Source: an uncultured Phycisphaerales bacterium
GTDB lineage: Bacteria > Planctomycetota > Phycisphaerae > Tepidisphaerales > Tepidisphaeraceae
Assembly: GCA_963755915.1 (NCBI GenBank)
Contig: CAVWLP010000002.1
Span: forward strand, 4,768,001 to 4,832,000
DNA: 64,000 nucleotides
Direction of reading: 5' to 3'
Shown: positions 1 through 9,777 of the stretch, in pieces
Layout: every line of letters starts with the position of its first letter
Numbering within the stretch: the first letter of the stretch is position 1
The notes under the pieces: model-generated
What the model saw: only the letters and a program-made list of their open reading frames with translations
Told to the model about the DNA's origin: nothing
Database searches by the model: none
Program-made: the position numbers and the translations under genes

Positions 1-358
1 GCTGCACGGCCGCCTGAACCAGCACGATCGCCAAACCCAGGAGCGATTCGACCATGAAGATCAGAATCGCCGGTCCGGGCCCCACCCACGCCCCAACTGC
101 CGCCAGCAGCTTCACGTCTCCGCCGCCCAGTGCCGAAATGGCGTAGAGCACGAGCGGGATGGCCCCGCCGGCGAGCATTCCTTCGACGGAATGCACGAAA
201 CTGCCGGAGCCGCCGAAGCAAAGCGCACGTCCGAGTCCTGCCAGGAGCAGTCCAAAGGTCAGCCAGTTTGGAATCCTGCGCTGCCGGCTGTCGATGGCCG
301 CGGCCACGGCAAGGGCACAAATCAGGGGCGCCGTGGCTACGAGGACGGATAAGTTCAT
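1..358 (-). CDS. cpaA: A24 family prepilin peptidase (CpaA/TadV-like), runs off the window edge
   Basis: Manual translation MNLSVLVATAPLICALAVAAAIDSRQRRIPNWLT...ALGGGDVKLLAAVGAWVG shows the D-x4-R-IPN and GGGDVKL motifs. It lies directly downstream of two flp genes. Confidence 0.9.
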   Translation of the reverse strand, partial: MNLSVLVATAPLICALAVAAAIDSRQRRIPNWLTFGLLLAGLGRALCFGGSGSFVHSVEGMLAGGAIPLVLYAISALGGGDVKLLAAVGAWVGPGPAILIFMVESLLGLAIVLVQAAVQ

Positions 359-377
359 ATTGGCGGTTATCGACCAG

Positions 378-539
378 CTACATGGATGAATTTAGGCTGT
401 TCCATCGAGCCAGAACCTTGCCGCCAACTTTTCCAATTACCGCGATCGCGGCCACGACAATAAGGCCCGCGATGAGTGCGTATTCAAGGACTTCCCCCCC
501 GGTTTCGTCACGTAGGAACCGAGTTATTTGTTTGAGCAT
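378..539 (-). CDS. flp: Flp family type IVb pilin (53 aa)
   Basis: MLKQITRFLRDETG/GEVLEYALIAGLIVVAAIAVIGKVGGKVLARWNSLNSSM: G-x4-EY motif followed by a hydrophobic helix. Confidence 0.92.
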   Translation of the reverse strand: MLKQITRFLRDETGGEVLEYALIAGLIVVAAIAVIGKVGGKVLARWNSLNSSM

Positions 540-583
540 GGTGCATATTCCAAGTCCCCCCATGCTCCAAGTTAATTGATAAA

Positions 584-619
584 AGGGCGGTGGGCTCTGT
601 TGATGGAAACCCACCGCCC
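584..619. promoter_or_regulatory. Stem-loop between the two flp genes (GGGCGGTGGG...CCCACCGCCC); followed by TTTT on the minus strand, possible terminator
   Basis: 10-bp perfect inverted repeat visible in the sequence. Confidence 0.45.
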
Positions 620-780
620 AGTACTGTTTTGGAACTACTGCAGTAAGTTCGCAGACTTGGACTGACAGAGCGGGTTTCGGCACGCCGAGGAAAATTCCCG
701 ACACGAACGGCGCCGGCCGGTAGCCGCGCCTGTCGGTCGATCCTTGTGCGTTGCCCGCATGCCAGGCCGTTGCCTGTGAC

Positions 781-951
781 TTACATGCTGCTGTTAAGCG
801 AGTTCCAGCGGGCCAGCACTTTGCCGCCGACCGAACCGATGACGGCGATTGCCGCCACGACGATCAGACCAGCGATCAAAGCGTACTCAAGAACCTCACC
901 ACCCTGCTCGTCCTTGACCAGGCTGGCAACGAAATTCGAAATCGCCTTCAT
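781..951 (-). CDS. flp: Flp family type IVb pilin (56 aa), missing from the ORF track
   Basis: Manual translation MKAISNFVASLVKDEQG/GEVLEYALIAGLIVVAAIAVIGSVGGKVLARWNSLNSSM; GGGAG RBS-like sequence upstream. Confidence 0.92.
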   Translation of the reverse strand: MKAISNFVASLVKDEQGGEVLEYALIAGLIVVAAIAVIGSVGGKVLARWNSLNSSM

Positions 952-1599
952 GATATAATCTCCCGTAGAGGCGACATGACTTCCGCGTCACTACCAAGCC
1001 CCAAGGCCGGCAGCCGCGTCCCGGACTTCACGGCATTTAGCCGATCGATCTGGACTGACGCGCAAGCGCTGTTGCGCTGAAGACCGCACCGCCCAAATGC
1101 AGCACAGCCCCTCCAGGTCCGCTCAACCACCGCACCCGCGGAATGTCGAGCTAAAACCCGATTGCAACCCTCTCATCGGTCGCGCTACACGCTTGCTTAA
1201 CATCGACCGGCAATTTTTGCGGGGTGGTACGGATGTGGCAATTGAAGGAATGGAGGGGGAGATAAGGGAAGTGGGAAGGGATTTTATCGGACGGGATTTT
1301 TGGTGCTGGCGAGTTGAATGAATTGTGGGGTGGAGATGAATTTCGGCGCCCGGGGGCATCAAATACAAAATTGGACAGTCCGCAACAAACTGGGATGTTT
1401 GGGTAATCTGGGTAAGCGCAAAACGTGGTTTTGGACCATATTTGAGCACATATGTGATTTCGAGATAGCCACGCGATTCTCCGAAGTTGAGAGGTCATGG
1501 TGGCGAAAGGTGCGGATAAGAGACTCGTGCCGGGTTTGAGGGCTTGCTTCGGTACTACAGGAGGGTGACCTAGCGCTTTTTTGTTTCGGGTGCCGGTCG

Positions 1600-1785
1600 G
1601 AGCGCGGTGGAAGGCAAAATACAAATGCAATGCGGGGCGGAGGCAAAAACCCCTTGGACCCCCTTCGACGAGCTCAGGGCAGGCTCCTTCGACGAGCTCA
1701 GGGCAGGCAGCCGGTTTTCGCCTCCTCCCCGCACCCCTCCTCCACTTTCCGGGTTCACCAAACCGTCCAACGAATAAGACGAACG
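1600..1785. repeat. Dispersed structured repeat (homologous to the arms at 51408-51780) with two nested 24-bp-period REP-like units at 1662-1708
   Basis: Shares AAGGC-x-AAAT-x-CAAATGCAATGC, CCCCGCACCCC and AACCGTCC-x-ACG blocks with 51419-51540. CCTTCGACGAGCTCAGGGCAGGC occurs twice. Confidence 0.7.
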
Positions 1786-1943
1786 ACTCGCGTGGTTCCA
1801 GTTTCTGAGTAGACGGAACCTGGCCCCTTTTTTGTGACCTACGGCGCAAGAAGCCGAATCCGGAAATTGACCGACTTAAAATCTCCCGTGTGTCCAAAAC
1901 CGGGGCCCGGCATCGCCGAGTATGGGCGGTACGGCCAATCCAT

Positions 1944-2420
1944 TTACGGGGTTTGTGATGGCAGATTGACGCGGGATGAACTGTAGTTAGTTGCAGGCGC
2001 CGAGATAAGGGACACTTTAGTGTAGGCAGTTACGGAAAATGCGTAAGTTTTTCCGGGCGTGAGGTTTGAAATTGTATCGGCTTCCGAACCAGCAGGTACC
2101 ACATCAACGACTTGCCAGGTCGCCTCATTGTCGTTCGATTGCCGAATAACATACTTCGCATCGATGCCTTCTACGTCCTTCCAGAAGAGCATCGCCTGCG
2201 TCGGGTTAGGAATTACAATTGAAAAGTTCGTGGGCTGTTGCGGACAAGCAATGTAGGCGGGCGAATTTGGGCCGTGAACGTCGAACGGGGAGTTGAGGGT
2301 CGGACCACTACGTTTCGGCTGGGCGGAAACGGCGGTGCGCGATGAATCTGGCGGTACCGTGGCACAGGCTCCAAGCGCGGAGACGAGGGACGCAATATAC
2401 CAAAATCGAGTTATTAACAT
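1944..2420 (-). CDS. Lipoprotein with a fibronectin type III domain
   Basis: Lipobox LGAC after a hydrophobic stretch; FN3-like W...Y...ISNLTPGKTYAFSVTAY. Confidence 0.7.
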   Translation of the reverse strand: MLITRFWYIASLVSALGACATVPPDSSRTAVSAQPKRSGPTLNSPFDVHGPNSPAYIACPQQPTNFSIVIPNPTQAMLFWKDVEGIDAKYVIRQSNDNEATWQVVDVVPAGSEADTISNLTPGKTYAFSVTAYTKVSLISAPATNYSSSRVNLPSQTP

Positions 2421-2544
2421 CCATCGTAATATAGTGTTTGCTAGCTTAATTGGCAAATTAAACGGACGAGTGCACGTCCTTCTTTGGAGTACGGTTTGTT
2501 TTGAGTGAAGGTGGATGATCGGGAGTTTCCGCCGGTGAGGACAC

Positions 2545-4006
2545 CAATACTGTCCGGCATTTTGTATCACAAACGTGCGGTTGCGCCCTGGCGATGGTTG
2601 TGGTACATCAAGCCCCATGCCGCGAGCCAAACGGCCCCAGATCACAGAAGCCGATGTGAATGTGCCAGGGATCATCCGCCAGGTTCAGACGTTCGATCAA
2701 TATTGGCGCGATCATGTTCCGCCGGAGCATGGGAACGTCGCGCTCGGCGAAGTGGACGTGCTGATCGTTTTGCTCTGCGCTTTTTATGATCCGCTGGTTC
2801 GCTCGCTGCGCACGCTTGAGCAACTGGCGCAGGTTCCTTCAGTCAAATCGCATCTCAAAGCCCGTCAGGCTCCCAAAAGCACGCTCTCCGATGCGATGGC
2901 ACGCTTTCGCGTCGAGCATCTGCGTCCGCTGATTCAAGAGCTTCAAAAGCAACTGCCGCAGCTTCATCGGATGGACCCGGATCTGGATCGAGTCGCCGGG
3001 AAGATCGTGGCCGGCGACGGGTCTCTTTTTCGTCTGGCCGGCGAGGTGACCTGGGCCCTGCAGCGACGCAAGAACGGGGACGGCGACATCGATTCCCAGG
3101 TGCGCCTGAACCTGCAGGTGGACGTCAAACATTGGACGATGGAGAACTTTTCCATCAGCGGCAATGCCCACAAGGGAGGCGAAGCGGCGGCGATGAAGCC
3201 GATGCTGCAGCCTGGCGTGCTCTACCTCTTCGACCGCGCCTATTACCCCTATGAGTTCATCTGCTCCATCTTGGACATCGGCTCAGACTTCGTCGTGCGA
3301 CTCAAAAAGGACCTGACGCTTCGAGTGCAGGAGAGTCGTCCGCGGTGCGAAAAAGATATCGAATCAGGAGTACGGGAAGACCAATTCGGTCTGCTGGGCG
3401 TGGAAAACGGCCGCAAGGGCCAGCCCCCAGCACAGACGCTGCGCCTGGTGACCGTGTGGGATCCGATCAAGCAGGAACCGGTGCGACTGCTGACCAATCT
3501 GCTGGACGTGGAGGCGTGGGTGATCGCCATGCTCTATCGTTGCCGCTGGATCATCGAACTGTTCCTGCGCTGGCTGAAGGTGACGGCGGGATTCTCTCAT
3601 CTGTTGAGCACCAGCGCCAACGGCATCACCCCGCAGTTTTACGCGGCGACAATCTGTACGCTGCTGATTCACATTCGCACGGGCCTGCCGGTGGATAAAT
3701 ACAGCCTGGTGGCTCTGAGCCTGGTTTATCGCGGGCAATGCAGCTACGAGGATCAGTTGCCGGTGCTTATCAAGCGTCAGAGAGAGCGGATGTTGGAGAA
3801 AGCACGGCTGGCCCGCAAGAAACAATTGCAAAAAAAGCCCTGATTGCCGCGCGGGTTCATTCCTGGCTCAGGCGGCAAAGTGCCGATGCTGCGCGGAAAT
3901 AAGCATCTTTCCCCGAGAACGCCGAACCGCTGGCCCTGACAGCGTGAACATTTGCAAAACCGACCCCACCCTCAACCCACTCGGCTTATAATGCCGGACA
4001 GTATTG
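2545..4006 (+). mobile_element. Complete IS4 family insertion sequence (1462 bp)
   Basis: Perfect 17-bp terminal inverted repeats (TIRs) CAATACTGTCCGGCATT. 10-bp target site duplication (TSD) GTGAGGACAC at 2535-2544 and 4007-4016. Confidence 0.95.
2617..3843 (+). CDS. IS4 family DDE transposase
   Basis: GDGS, FDRAY, FVVRLK and the YREK-type motif YRCRWIIELFLRWLK. Confidence 0.93.
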   Translation: MPRAKRPQITEADVNVPGIIRQVQTFDQYWRDHVPPEHGNVALGEVDVLIVLLCAFYDPLVRSLRTLEQLAQVPSVKSHLKARQAPKSTLSDAMARFRVEHLRPLIQELQKQLPQLHRMDPDLDRVAGKIVAGDGSLFRLAGEVTWALQRRKNGDGDIDSQVRLNLQVDVKHWTMENFSISGNAHKGGEAAAMKPMLQPGVLYLFDRAYYPYEFICSILDIGSDFVVRLKKDLTLRVQESRPRCEKDIESGVREDQFGLLGVENGRKGQPPAQTLRLVTVWDPIKQEPVRLLTNLLDVEAWVIAMLYRCRWIIELFLRWLKVTAGFSHLLSTSANGITPQFYAATICTLLIHIRTGLPVDKYSLVALSLVYRGQCSYEDQLPVLIKRQRERMLEKARLARKKQLQKKP

Positions 4007-4054
4007 GTGAGGACACGGGCGGCACTTGAGGAACTGCAATTGAAAAGAGGGCTG

Positions 4055-7000
4055 TTATTTTCTGCGCCGGCGGCGGAATGTGACGATCGAGGTAGTCAGA
4101 AGAAGCGCCGCGGCGGCGGGTTCGGGGACGTTGGCGAACGTGGGTAACGGCAGGCCGTTGGCAACCGCAAAGGCGTCGAGGGCTTGGAAGTCGGCTGGAG
4201 AGACGGTTGCGTTGGCGCCGCTGTCACCCTGGCCGAAATTGGCGGCTAGAGCGCTGAAATCGGAGCCGTTGACCGAGGATGTGAAGAGGAAATTGCCCTG
4301 GTCCCAGTTGGTCGCGCCCAGTCCGAAATTTGCGGCGAGGATGCTGAAGTCGCTGCCGTTGACGGTACCGTCGAGGTTGGCATCGCCGACGAGCGTGTAC
4401 TTTAATTCGATCTGGCCGCTGGACAGGCCGGTAACGATCTTGTCGGCGCCGTCGGCGAAACCGACGCCGTAGTGAAGGCCGTTGGTGAGAGTTTGTGCGG
4501 AGGAGGAAATGATGCCGGTGCCGTCCCAGTTGCCGGAGGCGTAACCCGTTTTGAGATATCCGTAAATGGTGGCGATGGGATCGGAGTTGCTTCCGTAGTC
4601 GATAAAAAAATGGGTGTTCGTGAGGTCCAGCGTCCCGCCGCCGCTGATGGTCAAGGAAGCCAGCGTCTGAGTGGAATGAATTTGTAGGGATCCGCCCGTG
4701 ATTGAGACGGGGCCGGTGGGGTCGAGGGTTGCGCCGGCGCTAAAGACAGTGGTTCCGCTACTGACCTGGGCGGTTCCCGCGCCGGCAAGCGTGCTCGTGC
4801 CTGTAAAGGTGAAGGCGCCGCTTAAATTCAGTACGGCGCCGGTGCTGACGCTGAAGCTGCCGGATTCGATGCCGCCGCCGCTGAAGGCCATCGTTCCCAC
4901 CTGCACGGTGGCCTGCCCGGAGTTGTTAAATTCCGCTTCCATCGTGGTGAGTCCGCTGCCGGCGGATCTGGTGAAGGTTCCCTGGTTGTTGAAAACGTCG
5001 GGGACGGTGCTGCTCGAGGCGCGACCTTCATAGGTCGCGTTGGTCTGGACGTTGAAGGTAGCGCCGAGGAGATTATTGAAGATGGTGTTCTGGTCTGCGG
5101 TATTGTTGCCGACGGCGTCGATAGTGCCGGCGGTCCAGGTGGCAGTGGCAGAGTTGTTGAGGGTGGCGCCGGGGCTTAGTTCTACAAAGGCGCCGATGGA
5201 GATGCCGCCATTGGCGTTGAAGGTTTGGGCGGTTGTGCCGCTGCCCAGGGCGCCGCCGGTCCAAGTGAGGGCGCCGCTGGTGGAGACGGTGTCGGTGCCG
5301 CCGATCGTGCCGGAGCTCACTGAGATGGAAGAGGGGGTGATGGTCTGTCCGGTGGCGAAATTGACAGCTCCTCCGCTGACGGTGAGGGCGCCGGAGACGG
5401 TTACGTTGGATGAGTTGAAGTTGACGGTTGCGCCCGAGAAGGTGCTGGCGGAGGGATCGTAGGTAGCGCCGGAATTAAAGGTGGTGGTTCCGCTGCTGAA
5501 CTGGGCCGTCCCGGCGCCATTGAGCGTGCTGGCGCCGGTGAAGGTAAAGGTTCCGGACAAATTCAGGGCCGCGCCGGTGCTGACGCTGAAGCTGCCGGAT
5601 TCGATGCCGCCGCCGCTGAAGGCCATCGTTCCCACCTGCACGGTGGCCTGCCCGGAGTTGTTAAATTCCGCTTCCATCGTGGTGAGTCCGCTGCCGGCGG
5701 ATCTGGTGAAGGTTCCCTGGTTGTTGAAAACGTCGGGGACGGTGCTGCTCGAGGCGCGACCTTCATAGGTCGCGTTGGTCTGGACGTTGAAGGTAGCGCC
5801 GAGGAGATTATTGAAGATGGTGTTCTGGTCTGCGGTATTGTTGCCGACGGCGTCGATAGTGCCGGCGGTCCAGGTGGCAGTGGCAGAGTTGTTGAGGGTG
5901 GCGCCGGGGCTTAGTTCTACAAAGGCGCCGATGGAGATGCCGCCATTGGCGTTGAAGGTTTGGGCGGTTGTGCCGCTGCCCAGGGCGCCGCCGGTCCAAG
6001 TGAGGGCGCCGCTGGTGGAGACGGTGTCGGTGCCGCCGATCGTGCCGGAGCTCACTGAGATGGAAGAGGGGGTGATGGTCTGTCCGGTGGCGAAATTGAC
6101 AGCTCCTCCGCTGACGGTGAGGGCGCCGGAGACGGTTACGTTGGATGAGTTGAAGTTGACGGTTGCGCCCGAGAAGGTGCTGGCGGAGGGATCGTAGGTA
6201 GCGCCGGAATTAAAGGTGGTGGTTCCGCTGCTGAACTGGGCCGTCCCGGCGCCATTGAGCGTGCTGGCGCCGGTGAAGGTAAAGGTTCCGGACAAATTCA
6301 GGGCCGCGCCGGTGCTGACGCTGAAGCTGCCGGATTCGATGCCGCCGCCGCTGAAGGCCATCGTTCCCACCTGCACGGTGGCCTGCCCGGAGTTGTTAAA
6401 TTCCGCTTCCATCGTGGTGAGTCCGCTGCCGGCGGATCTGGTGAAGGTTCCCTGGTTGTTGAAAACGTCGGGGACGGTGCTGCTCGAGGCGCGACCTTCA
6501 TAGGTCGCGTTGGTCTGGACGTTGAAGGTAGCGCCGAGGAGATTATTGAAGATGGTGTTCTGGTCTGCGGTATTGTTGCCGACGGCGTCGATAGTGCCGG
6601 CGGTCCAGGTGGCAGTGGCAGAGTTGTTGAGGGTGGCGCCGGGGCTTAGTTCTACAAAGGCGCCGATGGAGATGCCGCCATTGGCGTTGAAGGTTTGGGC
6701 GGTTGTGCCGCTGCCCAGGGCGCCGCCGGTCCAAGTGAGGGCGCCGCTGGTGGAGACGGTGTCGGTGCCGCCGATCGTGCCGGAGCTCACTGAGATGGAA
6801 GAGGGGGTGATGGTCTGTCCGGTGGCGAAATTGACAGCTCCTCCGCTGACGGTGAGGGCGCCGGAGACGGTTACGTTGGATGAGTTGAAGTTGACGGTTG
6901 CGCCCGAGAAGGTGCTGGCGGAGGGATCGTAGGTAGCGCCGGAATTAAAGGTGGTGGTTCCGCTGCTGAACTGGGCCGTCCCGGCGCCATTGAGCGTGCT

Positions 7001-7786
7001 GGCGCCGGTGAAGGTAAAGGTTCCGGACAAATTCAGGGCCGCGCCGGTGCTGACGCTGAAGCTGCCGGATTCGATGCCGCCGCCGCTGAAGGCCATCGTT
7101 CCCACCTGCACGGTGGCCTGCCCGGAGTTGTTAAATTCCGCTTCCATCGTGGTGAGTCCGCTGCCGGCGGATCTGGTGAAGGTTCCCTGGTTGTTGAAAA
7201 CGTCGGGGACGGTGCTGCTCAAGGCGCGACCTTCATAGGTCGCGTTGGTCTGGACGTTGAAGGTAGCGCCGAGGAGATTATTGAAGATGGTGTTCTGGTC
7301 TGCGGTATTGTTGCCGACGGCGTCGATAGTGCCGGCGGTCCAGGTGGCAGTGGCAGAGTTGTTGAGGGTGGCGCCGGGGCTTAGTTCTACAAAGGCGCCG
7401 ATGGAGATGCCGCCATTGGCGTTGAAGGTTTGGGCGGTTGTGCCGTTGCCCAGGCTTCCGCCGGTCCAGGTCAGGAGGCCATCGACGGTCAGGGTGTCCT
7501 GGCCGGCGATAGTGCCACCGGAGAGAGCAAGCAACTGGATGGTGGGAGTGACATCGAGGGCAACGCTGCCATTTTTGATGACGACATCATAAAGGACACC
7601 GGCCGGCGTGCCGTTGTTGGGGTAATTGGGATTGGTGGACCAGTCGGCGGCGTTGGACCAGGTGCTGGTGGCGCCGTTCCAGGTGGCGCTGGTATCGCCA
7701 AAAGCGGCGTGATGGAGACCGCCCAGCAAACTGAATCCGCTAATGGCCAGGAGCAACGGGCGTCGACGATGGCATTTTTTTGACAT
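4055..7786 (-). CDS. Large secreted Gly/Thr/Ser-rich beta-repeat protein with a dockerin-like domain and PEP-CTERM sorting signal
   Basis: N-terminal signal peptide; 245-aa repeats; GDANLDGTVNGSDFSILAANFG; C-terminal VPEP-hydrophobic-RRRRRK. Confidence 0.88.
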   Translation of the reverse strand: MSKKCHRRRPLLLAISGFSLLGGLHHAAFGDTSATWNGATSTWSNAADWSTNPNYPNNGTPAGVLYDVVIKNGSVALDVTPTIQLLALSGGTIAGQDTLTVDGLLTWTGGSLGNGTTAQTFNANGGISIGAFVELSPGATLNNSATATWTAGTIDAVGNNTADQNTIFNNLLGATFNVQTNATYEGRALSSTVPDVFNNQGTFTRSAGSGLTTMEAEFNNSGQATVQVGTMAFSGGGIESGSFSVSTGAALNLSGTFTFTGASTLNGAGTAQFSSGTTTFNSGATYDPSASTFSGATVNFNSSNVTVSGALTVSGGAVNFATGQTITPSSISVSSGTIGGTDTVSTSGALTWTGGALGSGTTAQTFNANGGISIGAFVELSPGATLNNSATATWTAGTIDAVGNNTADQNTIFNNLLGATFNVQTNATYEGRASSSTVPDVFNNQGTFTRSAGSGLTTMEAEFNNSGQATVQVGTMAFSGGGIESGSFSVSTGAALNLSGTFTFTGASTLNGAGTAQFSSGTTTFNSGATYDPSASTFSGATVNFNSSNVTVSGALTVSGGAVNFATGQTITPSSISVSSGTIGGTDTVSTSGALTWTGGALGSGTTAQTFNANGGISIGAFVELSPGATLNNSATATWTAGTIDAVGNNTADQNTIFNNLLGATFNVQTNATYEGRASSSTVPDVFNNQGTFTRSAGSGLTTMEAEFNNSGQATVQVGTMAFSGGGIESGSFSVSTGAALNLSGTFTFTGASTLNGAGTAQFSSGTTTFNSGATYDPSASTFSGATVNFNSSNVTVSGALTVSGGAVNFATGQTITPSSISVSSGTIGGTDTVSTSGALTWTGGALGSGTTAQTFNANGGISIGAFVELSPGATLNNSATATWTAGTIDAVGNNTADQNTIFNNLLGATFNVQTNATYEGRASSSTVPDVFNNQGTFTRSAGSGLTTMEAEFNNSGQATVQVGTMAFSGGGIESGSFSVSTGAVLNLSGAFTFTGTSTLAGAGTAQVSSGTTVFSAGATLDPTGPVSITGGSLQIHSTQTLASLTISGGGTLDLTNTHFFIDYGSNSDPIATIYGYLKTGYASGNWDGTGIISSSAQTLTNGLHYGVGFADGADKIVTGLSSGQIELKYTLVGDANLDGTVNGSDFSILAANFGLGATNWDQGNFLFTSSVNGSDFSALAANFGQGDSGANATVSPADFQALDAFAVANGLPLPTFANVPEPAAAALLLTTSIVTFRRRRRK
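4836..7445. repeat. Intragenic tandem repeat, 735-bp unit, about 3.5 copies
   Basis: Identical shadow ORFs recur at 5040, 5775, 6510 and 7245. I noticed only one substitution (7221). Confidence 0.95.
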
Positions 7787-7938
7787 TTCTCCTCCGCTTC
7801 CTGTGAATAAATGTCGCCCACCGATTTGTTACGAAGATTTGCGAGCGGTAAAGGCTATATCAAAATTTAGCTGGGAGTGTCAAAAGAATTTGAGATTCAG
7901 CACAGGATGCGGGCCGGGTTGCGCGAATCCAAGCCGGC

Positions 7939-8691
7939 TCACCAAGGGAGCAATCGGAAGGTTGAATAGCCCTCGATTTTTTGGCCGGGCTTGGCGTTGG
8001 TGACTTCGACGAACTGCTTGGACCAAACTTTGATGATTCCTTCGACGTCGCCGTACCAGGTGAGGCCGCGGAAATCGATGATGGCGTATTGCTCGGATTC
8101 GCGGTCGGCGGCCTGCATGACGATCCTGCCGCTGTAGGCGTCGCTGGTGCGGGACTCGAAGGCGCAGCTGCTCTTGTCGCTGGCGGCGTCGCGGGCGAGG
8201 CTGATGCCGGTGCCGACGTAGAACGGGGCGTAGCCGAGGAGGTTGAGCAGGACCTTGCTGGGGACGATCTGGACGATGGCGACCTCGAAGATGAGGGTGT
8301 GCGGCTCGTGGCCGGGAGAGTCGAGCACCTGGAAATGATGTTTAGGATCGTCGCGATAGGCTTTGATGATCGTGGCGCGGGTAAAGTCGGCGATTTTTTG
8401 CACATCCTTCTCGATATCGGCCTTGCGATCGCCTTCCTGCCACTTGGTCATCTTGAGCATGTAGGAGGTGTTGACCTCGGCGACGTAGATCTTGTCGTAT
8501 TGATTGAGGTCGAGGTTGGGGTCGCGCCAGAATCTGTTGAAGGGAATGTTGGGGTCGGGCTTGAGGACCGCGGGGTCGGCGAAGCCGGCGCTGGGGGCGG
8601 GGGTGGCTTTGCAGCCGACGAGGAGCGCGGCGGCGAGGAGGAGGGAGAGACTTGTCCAGCGGATGATCAAGGGGCGGATGAGCGGGGGCAT
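7939..8691 (-). CDS. DUF3313-like lipoprotein
   Basis: Lipobox LVGC, then SAGF...P; FE-x4-DAYSGRIV-x-AADR pattern. Confidence 0.7.
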   Translation of the reverse strand: MPPLIRPLIIRWTSLSLLLAAALLVGCKATPAPSAGFADPAVLKPDPNIPFNRFWRDPNLDLNQYDKIYVAEVNTSYMLKMTKWQEGDRKADIEKDVQKIADFTRATIIKAYRDDPKHHFQVLDSPGHEPHTLIFEVAIVQIVPSKVLLNLLGYAPFYVGTGISLARDAASDKSSCAFESRTSDAYSGRIVMQAADRESEQYAIIDFRGLTWYGDVEGIIKVWSKQFVEVTNAKPGQKIEGYSTFRLLPW

Positions 8692-8849
8692 GTGGCCTCT
8701 TTCGCGGTTGGGGCTGGTAATAGGATAGGCGAGGATTTGAGGCGGGGCCAGTTTGGTGTTTTGAGTGCGACAATTGGCGCGGGCCAAAGAATGAGGGACG
8801 GGAATTCGGGAGCATAGTGCGAAAGCGCTCCCCTTCGGGTCGCGGCTAA

Positions 8850-9737
8850 GAAGCTGTTTCAAAACCGGTGTTTTTCCGTAAAATGAACTCCGACCATTCT
8901 ATCGCAAGGAGGCGATGTCATGGCAGTGGAACTGCTTCCCGACGAACTTTGGAACGAAGTACAGCCATTGTTGCCGCCGCACCACGTCTCGAAAAAAGGA
9001 GGACGTCCGCCGGCCGACGATCGGTTGTGTCTGCGCGCGTTGATCTTCATTCTCTGGAGCGGCATGCCGTACAACCTGTTACCAGCCGAGGTTTTCGGAG
9101 TCAGCGGCGTGACCGTCTGGCGACGATTCCGCGATTGGACTCGTGCCGGCGTTTGGCTGCGATTGCACCAGCTGCTGCTCAATGGGCTCGGTCGTCTCGG
9201 CGAGATCGACCTGCGGCGAGCCGTGGTCGATTCCGAATCGGTTCGCGCCATTTTTGGGGGCGCACACGGGGCCGAGTCCCGTAGATCGCAGGAAAAACGG
9301 GTGCAAACGTCACGTCATCACGGAGGCACAAGGCTTGCCGCTGTTGGTTCACACCACACCCGCCAACATCCGCGATGAGCAGCCGGTGCTCGAAATGGTC
9401 CAGAATCTTCCGCCGATTCAAGGGCCACGAGGTCGTCCCCGCAGCAAACCCGATGCTTTGGTTGGCGATCGCGGATATGGCTTCCCCTGGATCATCGCCG
9501 CCGTCGTCGCCTTGAAGATCAAAAGCCTGCTGGCTCCGCGCGGCAGCGAGCATGGCAGCGGTTTGGGAAAAGTGCGTTACGTCGTGGAACGCACGATGGC
9601 ATGGTTCGGCAACTGGCGTCGATTGCGAAGCTGCTACGAAAAGACCGCGACCCATTGGCAGGCCTACAACGAGTTGGCCGCATGCATGATTTGTTTCCGA
9701 CGAATTCATAAACTAACACGGGTTTTGAAATAGCCTC
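8850..9737 (+). mobile_element. IS5 family insertion sequence (IS1031-like, 888 bp)
   Basis: Imperfect TIRs GAAGCTGTTTCAAAACCGGTG / GAGGCTATTTCAAAACCCGTG; TAA duplicated on both flanks. Confidence 0.9.
8920..9733 (+). CDS. IS5 family transposase in two frames joined at TTTTTGGGGG (about 9251-9260)
   Basis: orfA: LWNEVQPLLP...GGRP...VVDSESVRA. orfB: TGPSPVDRRKNG...GDRGY...RYVVERTMAW. Confidence 0.88.
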
Positions 9738-9777
9738 TAAACGTGGGTCCTTGAGTTGCTGAATCGTGGATCCGCAT

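Noticed and set aside
960-1100. c-di-GMP riboswitch upstream of flp
   Set aside because: Only a loose GGGACGC-like resemblance; the GAAA tetraloop and paired stems could not be built. An Rfam scan would decide.
1123-1897. ORFs of 95-248 aa upstream of flp
   Set aside because: They are translations of repeat DNA (ACPELVEG repeats) with no recognisable domain.
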